In this document: positions 20,079 through 36,403 of the stretch, in pieces
How positions within the stretch are numbered: position 1 is the first letter of the stretch
Layout of the letters: each line of letters begins with the position of its first letter
Assembly (NCBI RefSeq): GCF_003334815.1
Contig: NZ_QOWO01000003.1
DNA from: Escherichia coli
GTDB lineage: Bacteria > Pseudomonadota > Gammaproteobacteria > Enterobacterales > Enterobacteriaceae
Reading direction: 5' to 3' (one strand)
DNA length: 64,000 bases
Notes under the pieces: model-generated
The model's input: the letters and a program-made list of their open reading frames with translations, nothing else
Databases searched by the model: none
What the model was told of the DNA's origin: nothing
Translations under genes and position numbers: made by a program

Positions 20079-20170
20079 GCCGGCTGCGCTTATCCGGCCT
20101 ACGGTTCATGACTTGTAGGGCGGATAAGATGCGCCAGCATCGCATCCGACAAAAGTGCCGGATGCGGTTG
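20079..20170. repeat. REP/BIME element (repetitive extragenic palindromes) between ytfH and cpdB
   Basis: Typical E. coli REP consensus copies: gccggctgcgcttatccggcctacgg and gtagggcggataagatgcgccagcatcgcatccgac...gccggatgcgg. Confidence 0.8.
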
Positions 20171-20198
20171 ATGATTTATAGGCCGAAAAAGAAGTGTA

Positions 20199-22142
20199 TT
20201 ACTTACTCAAATCCACCTGATAAATCGCAAACCCGATATCATCGGTCGCGACTTTATTCATCGGATATTGCCCTTTCTCTTTAATAAACGCCGCGGCTTT
20301 ATCTGATGGAGAGGTTTCGAAACGGATATCCAGTTTCTTATCGCCAGCTATCGGTGCTAAACGCCAGTTGTTATCTGCCGCCGGGTGAATTTCCCCCGCA
20401 CGTTTCGACTCATCAGCAATCCACGCTGCCAGCACCGAGCGGTTCTCATCCGGTGAAGCAAAAGCGATATGGCTGTCGCCCGTACCGGCAAATTTGCCGC
20501 CGTAAGCGCGATAGTTATTGGTGGCAACCAGGAACATGGCGTTCGGATCAATCGGCTTGCCATTAAAGGTCAGGTTCTTAATCCTTTCCGCATTGGCATT
20601 AACCATCTGGCACTCGCCGTCATAACGGGCAGGCTGGGTAACATCAATCTGATAATTCACACCATCAATCACATCAAAGTTATAGGTGCGGAAACCATCC
20701 CAGTTGATGAGTGACTGTGGTTTCGTGTTGTCAGGATCAATCTGGTTAAACTGTCCGGCGGAGCACTCCAGCCACTCTTTCACCTCTTTACCGCTGGCTT
20801 TCACCACAATCAGCGTATTGGGGTAGAGATAAAGATCGGCGGCATTACGGAAGGTCAACTGGCCTTTTTCCACCTCCACATAGCTTGCCGGATCATTTTT
20901 GCGACCACCAACTTTAAACGGTGCAGCAGCTGAAAGCACCGGCAGTTTTGCCAGATCCGGATCGCCCTGAATGTAATGCTCGACATACGCTTTTTGCGCG
21001 TTGTTCACCACCTGCACGGTCGGATCGTCCTGCACCAGCGCCAGATAGCTATACATATTGTCGGCGGATTTACCGATTGGCTTGCTGACGAACTGGCGTG
21101 TGGCATCGTGATCGGCTTTGAGTGTTTCTACCAGCTTGCTGTCTTCCGCCGCGAGGGATTTTTTATTGGCGATGTCGTAAATCGGCCGTGCTTCCGCTTT
21201 CGCCTGCGTCACCTGCCATTTACCGCTGTTATTACTGAGTTGTAAGTCGACCACCCCAAGATGATCGCCCCACATGCCCGGCATTACCGCCGGAACACCA
21301 TTCAGCGTGCCTTTCGCGATATCAGCCCCTTCGATATCAGCAAAATCTTTACCTGGGAAAACGGCGTGAGCATGGCCAAACATAATGGCGTTAACGCCAG
21401 GAATTTCACTGAGGTAATAAACTGAGTTTTCCGCCATCACTTTATACGGATCGGCAGATAGCCCGGAATGCGCCAGAACGACAACGACATCGGCACCTTT
21501 CTCGCGCATTTCAGGCACGTATTTGCGCACGGTTTCGGTAATATCATTCACCGTCACTTTTCCGGATAAATTAGCTTTATCCCAGCCCATGATTTGCGGC
21601 GGCACGACGCCAATATAGCCAATCTTCAGCGTCTGTTTTTTTCCGTCTTTATCGACCACTTCGGTATCTTTAATTAAATACGGTGTAAACATTGGCTGTT
21701 TGGTTCTGGCGTCAATGACGTTGGCATTTACATAAGGGAATTTCGCTCCCGCCAACGCATTTTTCAGGTAATCCAGACCGTAGTTAAATTCATGATTGCC
21801 GAGTGTACCGACCGTATAATCCAGCGTATTCAGCGCCTTATAAACCGGATGAACATCACCTGCTTTTAATCCTTTCGCCGATATGTAATCGGCCAGCGGA
21901 CTCCCCTGAATCAAATCGCCGTTATCGACCAGTACGCTGTTTTTCACTTCATTGCGGGCATCGTTAATCAGGCTTGCCGTACGTACCAGTCCGAATTTTT
22001 CCGTGGCGGTGTCTTTGTAATAATCGAAATCCATCATGTTGCTATGCAGATCAGTGGTTTCCATGATACGTAGATCGACCGTCGCTGCATTCACACTGGC
22101 GGCAATCAGCGTGGCCAGGAGCGTTGCGCTAAACTTAATCAT
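20199..22142 (-). CDS. cpdB: periplasmic 2',3'-cyclic-nucleotide 2'-phosphodiesterase/3'-nucleotidase CpdB
   Basis: Translation [44 protein letters not shown]... recognised as CpdB (signal peptide plus metallophosphatase domain); start set at the ATG 8 nt downstream of an AAGGA RBS (the ORF track starts 3 codons earlier). Confidence 0.93.
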   Translation of the reverse strand: MIKFSATLLATLIAASVNAATVDLRIMETTDLHSNMMDFDYYKDTATEKFGLVRTASLINDARNEVKNSVLVDNGDLIQGSPLADYISAKGLKAGDVHPVYKALNTLDYTVGTLGNHEFNYGLDYLKNALAGAKFPYVNANVIDARTKQPMFTPYLIKDTEVVDKDGKKQTLKIGYIGVVPPQIMGWDKANLSGKVTVNDITETVRKYVPEMREKGADVVVVLAHSGLSADPYKVMAENSVYYLSEIPGVNAIMFGHAHAVFPGKDFADIEGADIAKGTLNGVPAVMPGMWGDHLGVVDLQLSNNSGKWQVTQAKAEARPIYDIANKKSLAAEDSKLVETLKADHDATRQFVSKPIGKSADNMYSYLALVQDDPTVQVVNNAQKAYVEHYIQGDPDLAKLPVLSAAAPFKVGGRKNDPASYVEVEKGQLTFRNAADLYLYPNTLIVVKASGKEVKEWLECSAGQFNQIDPDNTKPQSLINWDGFRTYNFDVIDGVNYQIDVTQPARYDGECQMVNANAERIKNLTFNGKPIDPNAMFLVATNNYRAYGGKFAGTGDSHIAFASPDENRSVLAAWIADESKRAGEIHPAADNNWRLAPIAGDKKLDIRFETSPSDKAAAFIKEKGQYPMNKVATDDIGFAIYQVDLSK

Positions 22143-22331
22143 CAGGGACATCCTTTTATCATCGGGAATACGAAAGAAAAGGGAGAATAAACGCCTTACT
22201 TATAGAACAGTGAAGAATGCCACAATTTTACGCTTTGAAAATGATGACACTAACACAGTTGGCGCATTCATTAACGATAGGGTATAAGTAAAACAATAAG
22301 TTAACACCGCTCACAGAGACGAGGTGGAGAA

Positions 22332-23072
22332 ATGTTAGATCAAGTATGCCAGCTTGCACGGAATGCAGGCGATGCCATTATGCAGGTCTACGACGGGACG
22401 AAACCGATGGACGTCGTCAGCAAAGCGGACAATTCTCCGGTAACGGCAGCGGATATTGCCGCTCACACCGTTATCATGGACGGTTTACGTACGCTGACAC
22501 CGGATATTCCGGTCCTTTCTGAAGAAGATCCTCCCGGTTGGGAAGTCCGTCAGCACTGGCAGCGTTACTGGCTGGTAGACCCGCTGGATGGTACTAAAGA
22601 GTTTATTAAACTTAATGGCGAATTCACCGTTAACATTGCGCTCATTGACCATGGCAAACCGATTTTAGGTGTGGTGTATGCGCCGGTAATGAACATAATG
22701 TACAGCGCGGCAGAAGGCAAGGCCTGGAAAGAAGAGTGCGGTGTGCGCAAGCAGATTCAGGTCCGCGATGCGCGCCCGCCGCTGGTGGTTATCAGCCGTT
22801 CCCATGCAGATGCGGAGCTGAAAGAGTATCTGCAACAGCTTGGCGAACATCAGACCACGTCCATCGGCTCTTCGCTGAAATTCTGCCTGGTGGCGGAAGG
22901 GCAGGCGCAGCTGTACCCGCGCTTCGGACCAACGAATATTTGGGATACCGCCGCTGGTCATGCTGTGGCTGCAGCTGCCGGAGCGCACGTTCATGACTGG
23001 CAGGGTAAACCGCTGGATTACACTCCGCGCGAGTCGTTCCTGAATCCGGGATTCAGAGTGTCTATTTATTAA
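22332..23072 (+). CDS. cysQ: 3'(2'),5'-bisphosphate nucleotidase CysQ
   Basis: 246-aa [48 protein letters not shown]...[12 protein letters not shown] (inositol-monophosphatase-family motifs). Confidence 0.95.
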   Translation: MLDQVCQLARNAGDAIMQVYDGTKPMDVVSKADNSPVTAADIAAHTVIMDGLRTLTPDIPVLSEEDPPGWEVRQHWQRYWLVDPLDGTKEFIKLNGEFTVNIALIDHGKPILGVVYAPVMNIMYSAAEGKAWKEECGVRKQIQVRDARPPLVVISRSHADAELKEYLQQLGEHQTTSIGSSLKFCLVAEGQAQLYPRFGPTNIWDTAAGHAVAAAAGAHVHDWQGKPLDYTPRESFLNPGFRVSIY

Positions 23073-23619
23073 TTAATTTATGCAGCAGGTCCATCACTTG
23101 CTGCACCTCTTCCTGTGTGAGCGCCCCGTCTTTGGCCCATTGCACGCGACCATCCTTATCCAGCACCACTACAGCGGAACTTTCTTCATCCAGCTGCCAG
23201 GCACCGCGCGCGACGCCATTGCTATCGACAATAAACTGCGACCAGGGATAAAGCTTTTTATTACTCTCCAGACTGCTGCGCACAAACATCCCTGAACCCG
23301 GAATCGCGTCGTCGGTGTTAACAATGGTGGTGGTCTGGTAGCGATCGTGCGGTAACTTCGCTGATTTAATCGCTTCAATCAGCGTCGCGTTTTTCTCTTT
23401 TGCAGAGGTGCGACCAGCAATATGTTGCAGTACTCGCACTTTTCCCACTAACTGTGCGCTGTTCCAGGTTTTGTAGCTAAACTGATCTTTATCAAGCACC
23501 AACTCGCCTCGATCGGTAATGCCAATCGGCGGCACTCGCTGACCGGTTTCGAACTGATGTGCGGAAGCCATCATCGGCAACAGCAGGCAGGTGAGTGCCA
23601 GAATCTTGCGTAGGGTCAT
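23062..23619 (-). CDS. ytfJ: periplasmic protein YtfJ (DUF1107-type)
   Basis: 185-aa ORF with signal peptide [31 protein letters not shown]...; convergent with cysQ and overlapping its 3' end by 11 nt. Confidence 0.85.
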   Translation of the reverse strand: MTLRKILALTCLLLPMMASAHQFETGQRVPPIGITDRGELVLDKDQFSYKTWNSAQLVGKVRVLQHIAGRTSAKEKNATLIEAIKSAKLPHDRYQTTTIVNTDDAIPGSGMFVRSSLESNKKLYPWSQFIVDSNGVARGAWQLDEESSAVVVLDKDGRVQWAKDGALTQEEVQQVMDLLHKLINK

Positions 23620-23943
23620 GGTGTTTCCTTCTTATGATATGCAGGTGATCCGACCACTTGGGTCTGAGTTTTAATCATATGTGCTATTTATCGAATTTCC
23701 CGCAAGTGTGATGCCAGTTTGCGGTCAAGCGCACAAATCATATGAAAAATGAATGCTTATACTGAAGACCGCGCTTCGGTAAAAAGATAATTCTGAATAA
23801 TTGTAACCTTTAGGTAAAAAAAGTTATACGCGGTGGAAACATTGCCCGGATAGTCTATAGTCACTAAGCATTAAAATTTGCGCCTCATAATAGTTGGGCC
23901 GATTGTGGCACCGCACAGGCGTAATACTCAGCAGGAGATAACA

Positions 23944-24150
23944 ATGAAAATTTTCCAACGGTACAACCCACTTCAGGTGGCGAAGTACGTAAAGATCCTG
24001 TTCCGTGGACGGTTATACATCAAGGACGTTGGCGCTTTTGAATTTGATAAGGGTAAGATTCTTATCCCAAAAGTGAAGGATAAGCTGCATTTGTCAGTGA
24101 TGTCCGAAGTTAACCGTCAGGTTATGCGTCTGCAAACAGAGATGGCTTAA
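23944..24150 (+). CDS. ytfK: small DUF1107 protein YtfK
   Basis: Internal ATG with AGGAGA RBS gives [68 protein letters not shown] (68 aa), recognised as YtfK. Confidence 0.85.
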
Positions 24151-24211
24151 CCAAAGTGCTATGCAGTAATAAGACGGCTCCTGATTCAGGAGCCGTTGAT
24201 GTTTCTGGGGG

Positions 24212-25555
24212 TTACGCGACGCTTTCTTCTTTATCTTTAGCGTCAGGCAGTTTTGGCGAAAGGGCGGTGGCCTTGCTGTCGATCCGGGTCACCAGCAGCT
24301 GGTCGATGCGGTAGTTATCGATATCCACCACTTCAAATTTGTAGCCGGCGAATTTCACCGAATCGGTGCGTTTCGGGATCTTACGCAGCATAAACATCAT
24401 AAAGCCGCCGATGGTTTCGTAGTTGCCCGACTGCGGGAACTCGTCAATATCCAGCACGCGCATGACGTCGTCAATTGGGGTGCCGCCGTCAATCAGCCAT
24501 GAGTTCTCATCACGGGCGACAATCTGCTCTTCCAGCCCCTGACCGACTAGATCGCCCATCAGCGTGGTCATCACGTCATTGAGGGTGATGATCCCCACCA
24601 CCAGCGCGTACTCGTTCATGATCACCGCGAAGTCTTCACCTGCGGTTTTAAAACTTTCCAACGCCTCTGAAAGGGTTAACGTATCCGGCACAATCAGCGT
24701 GTTGCGAATTTGTACGCCGCTGTTCAGTGCCAGGCTTTGGTTAGCCAGCACGCGGTTCAGCAGGTCTTTAGAATCGACATAGCCGATGATGTGGTCAATA
24801 TCTTCATTACAGACGAGGAACTTAGAGTGCGGATGTTCCGCCACCTTATTCTTCAGGCTTTGCTCATCTTCGTGGAGATCAAACCAAATCACGTTTTCAC
24901 GCGGTGTCATTGACGACGGAACGGTACGGGATTCCAGCTCAAAGACGTTTTCAATCAGCTCGTGTTCCTGTTTACGTAACACGCCCGCCAGCGCACCGGC
25001 TTCCACTACCGCGTAGATGTCATCAGAAGTGATGTCATCTTTACGTACCATTGGCAGTTTGAAAATACGGAAGATTATGTTCGCCAGTCCGTTGAAGAAC
25101 CACACCAGCGGGGTGCAAACGTACAGGCAGAAGCGCATCGGGTTGATGATACGCAAAGCGACAGCTTCTGGCGCAATCATACCGATGCGTTTCGGGGTTA
25201 AATCCGCAAACAGGATAAACATGCCAGTCACTAACGAGAAAGAGAGAATAAAGCTCAGTTGCTCAGAGAGCTCTGCCGACATATAGCGGGAGAACAGGCT
25301 GTGAAAAGCTGGAGAAAATGCCGCATCACCGACGATACCGCCGAGAATCGCCACTGCGTTCAGACCGATTTGGACCACGGTAAAGAACATGCCGGGATTT
25401 TCCTGCATATTCAGAACGCGTTGGGCATTTATATTGCCTTCATCAGCCAGCAGTTTAAGTTTGATTTTGCGTGAGGCGGCAAGTGAGATCTCGGACATCG
25501 AGAAGAACGCACTTACAGCGATCAAGCAGAGTATGACTAAAATACTGTTTAACAT
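24212..25555 (-). CDS. ytfL: UPF0053 inner-membrane protein YtfL (DUF21 + CBS pair + CorC_HlyC domains)
   Basis: 447-aa ORF MLNSILVILCLIAVSAFFSMSEISLAASRKIKLKLLADEGNINAQRVL... recognised as YtfL. Confidence 0.9.
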   Translation of the reverse strand: MLNSILVILCLIAVSAFFSMSEISLAASRKIKLKLLADEGNINAQRVLNMQENPGMFFTVVQIGLNAVAILGGIVGDAAFSPAFHSLFSRYMSAELSEQLSFILSFSLVTGMFILFADLTPKRIGMIAPEAVALRIINPMRFCLYVCTPLVWFFNGLANIIFRIFKLPMVRKDDITSDDIYAVVEAGALAGVLRKQEHELIENVFELESRTVPSSMTPRENVIWFDLHEDEQSLKNKVAEHPHSKFLVCNEDIDHIIGYVDSKDLLNRVLANQSLALNSGVQIRNTLIVPDTLTLSEALESFKTAGEDFAVIMNEYALVVGIITLNDVMTTLMGDLVGQGLEEQIVARDENSWLIDGGTPIDDVMRVLDIDEFPQSGNYETIGGFMMFMLRKIPKRTDSVKFAGYKFEVVDIDNYRIDQLLVTRIDSKATALSPKLPDAKDKEESVA

Positions 25556-25730
25556 ATCTTATCCGACCTTTCAGGCCAGATCCTCGGAAGGGGAAGTTGA
25601 TTAATTTGTGTGAAATACACATTGAAAGCCGATTCGAAGAAAGTGAACCGGCATTTTCAGTGGCTAGTATAGCGTAAGGTACTGTAAAGTCGCCAGAGGG
25701 TTAAAATTCAGACTGCTGATAAATGCAATA

Positions 25731-25835
25731 CTGCCTGATGCGCTATGCCAATCAGGCCTACGCAGTCCTTGCAATATATTGAATTTGGACGATTTTGTAG
25801 GCCTGGTAAGGCGTTTACGCCGCATCTGGCATAAA
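25731..25835. repeat. REP-like palindromic repeats between ytfL and msrA
   Basis: ctgcctgatgcgctatgccaatcaggcctacg ... gtaggcctggtaaggcgtttacgccgcatctggc, resembling REP consensus units. Confidence 0.6.
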
Positions 25836-25877
25836 TAAAGCGCACTTTATCAACAATCTACATTTGTACCCGTAACG

Positions 25878-26516
25878 CTATGCTTCCGGTGGCAGACAGA
25901 CGCCAATTCCGCCAATTCCACAGTAACCATACGGGTTTTTATGCAGATATTGCTGGTGGTCATCTTCGGCATAATAAAACGGTGTGGCGTTAGCGATTTC
26001 CGTGGTGATGTGACGATCATCATCGGCGGCAAGCATCGCCGCCTGAAAACGTTCCAGACTGGCGCGAGCTGCGGCATCCTGTTCTGGGGTCAGCGGATAA
26101 ATCGCTGAACGATACTGCGTGCCGTGGTCATTGCCCTGACGCATTCCCTGGGCGGGATCGTGATTCTCCCAAAATACCTGTAGCAACTGCTCATAGCTGA
26201 TGACGGAAGGATCGTAAACAATGCGTACCGCTTCGGCATGACCCGTATCACCGGAGCACACTTCCCGATAAGTCGGATTTGGCGTATAGCCTCCGGTATA
26301 GCCTGCGGCGGTGCTGTAAACGCCGGGTAACTGCCAGAACAGACGCTCCACACCCCAGAAACAACCCATCGCAAAAATGGCAATCTCCATTCCGTCAGGT
26401 ACATTGGTCATTGAGTGACCGTTGACCGCATGCAGCGTGGCTACGGGCATCGGGGTGTTACGTCCAGGCAGGGCATCGGCGGGGGAAACCAGATGCTTTT
26501 TATCAAATAAACTCAT
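25878..26516 (-). CDS. msrA: peptide methionine sulfoxide reductase MsrA
   Basis: Internal ATG gives [62 protein letters not shown]... (212 aa) with the GCFWG active-site motif; the ORF-track start is 22 codons upstream. Confidence 0.95.
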
Positions 26517-26679
26517 GGTGTCGCTCTCCCGAAAATCGGTCATTGGGGTTAAGGTTGTAACAAGAGGCGTATTTGCACACAATAACCACCGTGAATAGGT
26601 CTAAAGTAAAACATAAGAAATATTTGGGGTTTAGTCTGCTTTTTAATCCATATTACTGGATTTTTGTTAAGCCGTTTAA

Positions 26680-32231
<5,552 letters not shown>

Positions 32232-32233
32232 CA

Positions 32234-32575
32234 ATGCGAATATTTGTCTACGGCAGTTTACGCCACAAACAAGGCAACAGTCACTGGATGACCAATGCCC
32301 AGTTACTGGGCGATTTCAGTATCGATAACTACCAGTTGTATAGCCTGGGCCACTATCCAGGCGCAGTTCCGGGGAACGGAACAGTACACGGTGAAGTTTA
32401 TCGTATTGACAACGCCACGCTGGCCGAACTTGATGCCTTGCGCACCAGGGGCGGTGAATACGCGCGCCAGTTGATTCAGACGCCGTACGGGAGTGCATGG
32501 ATGTACGTTTATCAACGACCCGTCGATGGATTAAAGCTAATTGAAAGCGGCGACTGGTTAGACAGGGATAAGTAA
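32234..32575 (+). CDS. ytfP: gamma-glutamylcyclotransferase-family protein YtfP
   Basis: 113-aa ORF MRIFVYGSLRHKQGNSHWMTNAQLLGDFSIDNYQLYSLGHYPGAVPG... (AIG2-like YGSL motif). Confidence 0.88.
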   Translation: MRIFVYGSLRHKQGNSHWMTNAQLLGDFSIDNYQLYSLGHYPGAVPGNGTVHGEVYRIDNATLAELDALRTRGGEYARQLIQTPYGSAWMYVYQRPVDGLKLIESGDWLDRDK

Positions 32576-32583
32576 TAATAAAA

Positions 32584-32612
32584 GCACGCCACCTTCGGGT
32601 GGCGTTGTTTTA
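32584..32612 (+). terminator. Rho-independent terminator of the tamAB-ytfP transcript
   Basis: CGCCACC-ttcg-GGTGGCG hairpin followed by TTGTTTTA. Confidence 0.8.
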
Positions 32613-32954
32613 TGCGATGTATCTCGCGATTTTTTTTTGTAACTTTTCCATCTTTTGCTTTTCTCTCCGAGCCGCTTTCCATATCTGCAATCGCATAAAA
32701 AACTCTGCTGGCGTTCACAAATGTGCAGGGGTAAAACGGGGGCACGCTTTGAACGGTGAGTATGAGTGAGGTCGGCTAACTTCCAGCAAGTGGCTATGAA
32801 CAGCAAAATGGTGGTCGGGTTTGCTTGTTCTTACCGTTCAAGCCTTGCAACCGCTGAGAATAATGATGGTGGAATAGAGAGTTTATTTATCGCGGGCATA
32901 AAAAAACCCTTACTAACCGAAGCCCGGCGTTCAGGGTTATTGCGCTAGAAGAAC

Positions 32955-33485
32955 TTATTTATTCTTTGCGCGCTCGAAGGAAGCAACGATTTCAGCTTTA
33001 GCGGCTTCTGCGTTTTCCCAACCTTCAACTTTCACCCACTTGCCTTTTTCGAGGTCTTTGTAGTGCTCGAAGAAGTGAGCGATCTGCGCTTTCAGCAGCT
33101 CTGGCAGATCGTTAACGTCTTTAATGTGATCGTATTCTTTGCTCAGCTTTGTGTGCGGAACAGCAATCAGTTTCGCATCTTCACCGGCTTCGTCGGTCAT
33201 TTTCAGAACGCCAACCGGACGGCAACGGATCACAGAACCCGGCTGCAGCGGGTACGGAGTCGGGACCAGTACGTCAACCGGGTCACCGTCCAGAGACAGG
33301 GTGTGGTTGATGTAACCGTAGTTGCACGGATAGAACATCGCGGTGGACATGAAGCGGTCAACGAACAGTGCGCCGCTCTCTTTGTCGATTTCGTATTTGA
33401 TCGGATCTGCGTTAGCCGGGATCTCAATAACAACGTAGATGTCTTCCGGCAGATCTTTACCCGCAGGGACGTTGAGTAAGCTCAT
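32955..33485 (-). CDS. ppa: inorganic pyrophosphatase
   Basis: 176-aa [77 protein letters not shown]... recognised as Ppa. Confidence 0.97.
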   Translation of the reverse strand: MSLLNVPAGKDLPEDIYVVIEIPANADPIKYEIDKESGALFVDRFMSTAMFYPCNYGYINHTLSLDGDPVDVLVPTPYPLQPGSVIRCRPVGVLKMTDEAGEDAKLIAVPHTKLSKEYDHIKDVNDLPELLKAQIAHFFEHYKDLEKGKWVKVEGWENAEAAKAEIVASFERAKNK

Positions 33486-33794
33486 GTCTGTTTCCTTTAA
33501 AAATATGTGGCAAACAAGTGCCGAGTATTATAGCCAACTCGCGCCGAATGTCTTCGCTTGTTTTCGTCTTCATTTTCCTTTTTCGCCAATTTTAAGACGG
33601 TATACAGAGCAGGAAAATCCATAACCGTAGCCGCATTTTTCATAGTGAGATGAAAGCGATTACAAACTTGTGATTAACGTTTTATTTACTTCTTTGAAGT
33701 GTGATGTAACGCAATCCGTTACATAACGAATTGTCTATAGTTTTTTCGCGAACATCTTTTCACCAATAATAATTACCCCGACGAGGACAACCCT

Positions 33795-34751
33795 ATGTGG
33801 AAACGCTTACTTGTAGTCTCTGCAGTCTCGGCAGCCATGTCGTCTATGGCGTTGGCCGCTCCATTAACCGTAGGATTTTCGCAGGTCGGATCGGAATCTG
33901 GCTGGCGCGCCGCAGAAACCAATGTGGCGAAAAGTGAGGCCGAAAAACGCGGAATTACGCTGAAAATTGCCGATGGTCAGCAAAAGCAGGAAAACCAGAT
34001 TAAAGCGGTACGTTCCTTCGTCGCGCAAGGGGTGGATGCGATCTTTATCGCTCCGGTGGTTGCGACTGGTTGGGAACCGGTATTAAAAGAGGCGAAAGAT
34101 GCCGAAATCCCGGTCTTCTTGCTCGATCGTTCTATTGATGTGAAAGACAAATCTCTCTATATGACCACCGTCACTGCCGACAACATTCTCGAAGGCAAGT
34201 TGATTGGTGACTGGCTGGTAAAAGAAGTGAATGGCAAACCATGCAACGTGGTGGAGCTGCAGGGCACTGTTGGGGCCAGCGTCGCCATTGACCGTAAGAA
34301 AGGCTTTGCCGAAGCCATTAAGAATGCGCCAAATATCAAAATTATCCGCTCGCAGTCAGGTGACTTCACCCGCAGTAAAGGCAAAGAAGTCATGGAGAGC
34401 TTTATCAAAGCGGAAAACAACGGCAAAAACATCTGCATGGTTTACGCCCATAACGACGACATGGTGATTGGTGCAATTCAGGCAATTAAAGAAGCGGGCC
34501 TGAAACCAGGCAAAGATATTCTGACAGGTTCTATCGACGGCGTACCGGATATCTACAAAGCGATGATTGATGGCGAAGCGAACGCCAGTGTTGAACTGAC
34601 GCCGAATATGGCAGGTCCCGCCTTCGACGCGCTGGAGAAATACAAAAAAGACGGCACCATGCCTGAAAAGCTGACGCTGACCAAATCCACCCTTTATCTG
34701 CCTGATACCGCAAAAGAAGAGTTAGAGAAGAAGAAAAATATGGGGTATTGA
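33795..34751 (+). CDS. ytfQ: galactofuranose ABC transporter periplasmic binding protein YtfQ
   Basis: 318-aa ORF with signal peptide MWKRLLVVSAVSAAMSSMALAAPLTVGFSQVGSESGWRAAET... Confidence 0.93.
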   Translation: MWKRLLVVSAVSAAMSSMALAAPLTVGFSQVGSESGWRAAETNVAKSEAEKRGITLKIADGQQKQENQIKAVRSFVAQGVDAIFIAPVVATGWEPVLKEAKDAEIPVFLLDRSIDVKDKSLYMTTVTADNILEGKLIGDWLVKEVNGKPCNVVELQGTVGASVAIDRKKGFAEAIKNAPNIKIIRSQSGDFTRSKGKEVMESFIKAENNGKNICMVYAHNDDMVIGAIQAIKEAGLKPGKDILTGSIDGVPDIYKAMIDGEANASVELTPNMAGPAFDALEKYKKDGTMPEKLTLTKSTLYLPDTAKEELEKKKNMGY

Positions 34752-34760
34752 GGGTTGCTA

Positions 34761-34862
34761 TGCCTGATGCCGATTCGTAGGCCGGATAAGGCGCTCGCGC
34801 CGCATCCGGCGGTGGTGCGCTGAAGCCTGATGCGACGCTTACCGCGTCTTATCATGCCTACT
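34761..34862. repeat. REP/BIME element between ytfQ and ytfR
   Basis: tgcctgatgccgattcgtaggccggataaggcgctcgcgccgcatccggc...gcctgatgcgacgcttaccgcgtcttatcatgcctac. Confidence 0.8.
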
Positions 34863-34890
34863 GGGAGCACGCTTTACACCGGGGGAAACC

Positions 34891-36393
34891 ATGACGACTA
34901 ACCAACACCAGGAGATCCTCCGCACCGAAGGATTAAGTAAATTTTTCCCCGGCGTCAAAGCGTTAGACAACGTTGATTTCAGCCTGCGCCGCGGCGAAAT
35001 CATGGCGCTGCTCGGTGAAAACGGGGCAGGAAAATCAACGCTAATCAAAGCATTAACTGGTGTATACCACGCCGATCGCGGCACCATCTGGCTGGAAGGC
35101 CAGGCTATCTCACCGAAAAATACCGCCCATGCACAACAACTCGGTATCGGCACCGTCTATCAGGAAGTAAACCTGCTACCCAATATGTCGGTCGCTGATA
35201 ATCTATTTATAGGCCGCGAACCCAAACGCTTCGGCCTTCTACGCCGCAAAGAGATGGAAAAGCGCGCCACCGAACTGATGGCATCTTACGGTTTCTCCCT
35301 CGACGTGCGCGAACCGCTCAACCGCTTTTCAGTCGCGATGCAGCAAATCGTCGCTATTTGCCGGGCTATCGATCTCTCTGCCAAAGTGCTGATCCTCGAT
35401 GAACCCACCGCCAGTCTCGACACCCAGGAAGTGGAGTTACTGTTTGACCTGATGCGTCAGTTGCGCGATCGCGGCGTCAGCCTGATTTTTGTCACTCACT
35501 TTCTCGATCAGGTCTATCAGGTCAGCGATCGGATCACCGTCTTACGCAACGGCAGTTTCGTAGGCTGTCGGGAAACGTGCGAGCTACCGCAGATCGAACT
35601 GGTAAAAATGATGCTGGGGCGCGAGCTGGATACCCACGCGCTACAGCGTGCCGGGCGAACATTGTTGAGCGACAAACCCGTTGCCGCGTTCAAAAATTAC
35701 GGCAAAAAAGGAACGATCGCACCGTTTGATCTCGAAGTACGCCCCGGCGAGATCGTCGGTCTGGCTGGATTGCTGGGATCAGGACGTACCGAAACCGCCG
35801 AAGTGATCTTCGGTATCAAACCTGCTGACAGCGGCACGGCGTTGATCAAAGGCAAACCGCAAAACCTGCGATCGCCACATCAGGCTTCGGTACTGGGCAT
35901 TGGCTTCTGCCCGGAAGACAGGAAAACCGATGGCATCATCGCTGCCGCCTCGGTGCGGGAAAATATCATCCTCGCTCTCCAGGCCCAGCGCGGCTGGCTA
36001 CGTCCCATTTCCCGCAAAGAACAGCAAGAGATTGCCGAACGCTTTATCCGCCAGCTTGGCATTCGCACACCTTCAACTGAACAACCGATTGAATTTCTCT
36101 CTGGCGGCAATCAGCAAAAAGTGTTGCTTTCACGTTGGCTACTGACCCGACCGCAATTTCTGATCCTTGATGAGCCAACTCGCGGCATTGATGTTGGTGC
36201 CCACGCCGAGATCATCCGCCTGATTGAAACGCTATGCGCCGATGGTCTGGCGCTGCTGGTGATCTCCTCCGAACTGGAAGAACTGGTGGGCTATGCCGAC
36301 CGGGTGATCATCATGCGCGATCGCAAACAGGTGGCGGAGATCCCGCTGGCAGAGCTTTCCGTTCCGGCGATCATGAACGCCATTGCGGCGTAA
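34891..36393 (+). CDS. ytfR: galactofuranose ABC transporter ATP-binding protein YtfR (duplicated ABC domains)
   Basis: 500-aa ORF with two Walker A motifs (GENGAGKST and GLLGSGRTE) and two ABC signatures. Confidence 0.93.
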   Translation: MTTNQHQEILRTEGLSKFFPGVKALDNVDFSLRRGEIMALLGENGAGKSTLIKALTGVYHADRGTIWLEGQAISPKNTAHAQQLGIGTVYQEVNLLPNMSVADNLFIGREPKRFGLLRRKEMEKRATELMASYGFSLDVREPLNRFSVAMQQIVAICRAIDLSAKVLILDEPTASLDTQEVELLFDLMRQLRDRGVSLIFVTHFLDQVYQVSDRITVLRNGSFVGCRETCELPQIELVKMMLGRELDTHALQRAGRTLLSDKPVAAFKNYGKKGTIAPFDLEVRPGEIVGLAGLLGSGRTETAEVIFGIKPADSGTALIKGKPQNLRSPHQASVLGIGFCPEDRKTDGIIAAASVRENIILALQAQRGWLRPISRKEQQEIAERFIRQLGIRTPSTEQPIEFLSGGNQQKVLLSRWLLTRPQFLILDEPTRGIDVGAHAEIIRLIETLCADGLALLVISSELEELVGYADRVIIMRDRKQVAEIPLAELSVPAIMNAIAA

Positions 36394-36403
36394 GGAGAAC
36401 AGT

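Noticed and set aside
32766-32948. 60-aa ORF in the ytfP-ppa spacer as a possible toxin-antitoxin remnant
   Set aside because: No RBS and no resemblance to MazF/PemK or AbrB-fold proteins; it overlaps the probable ppa terminator/UTR region.
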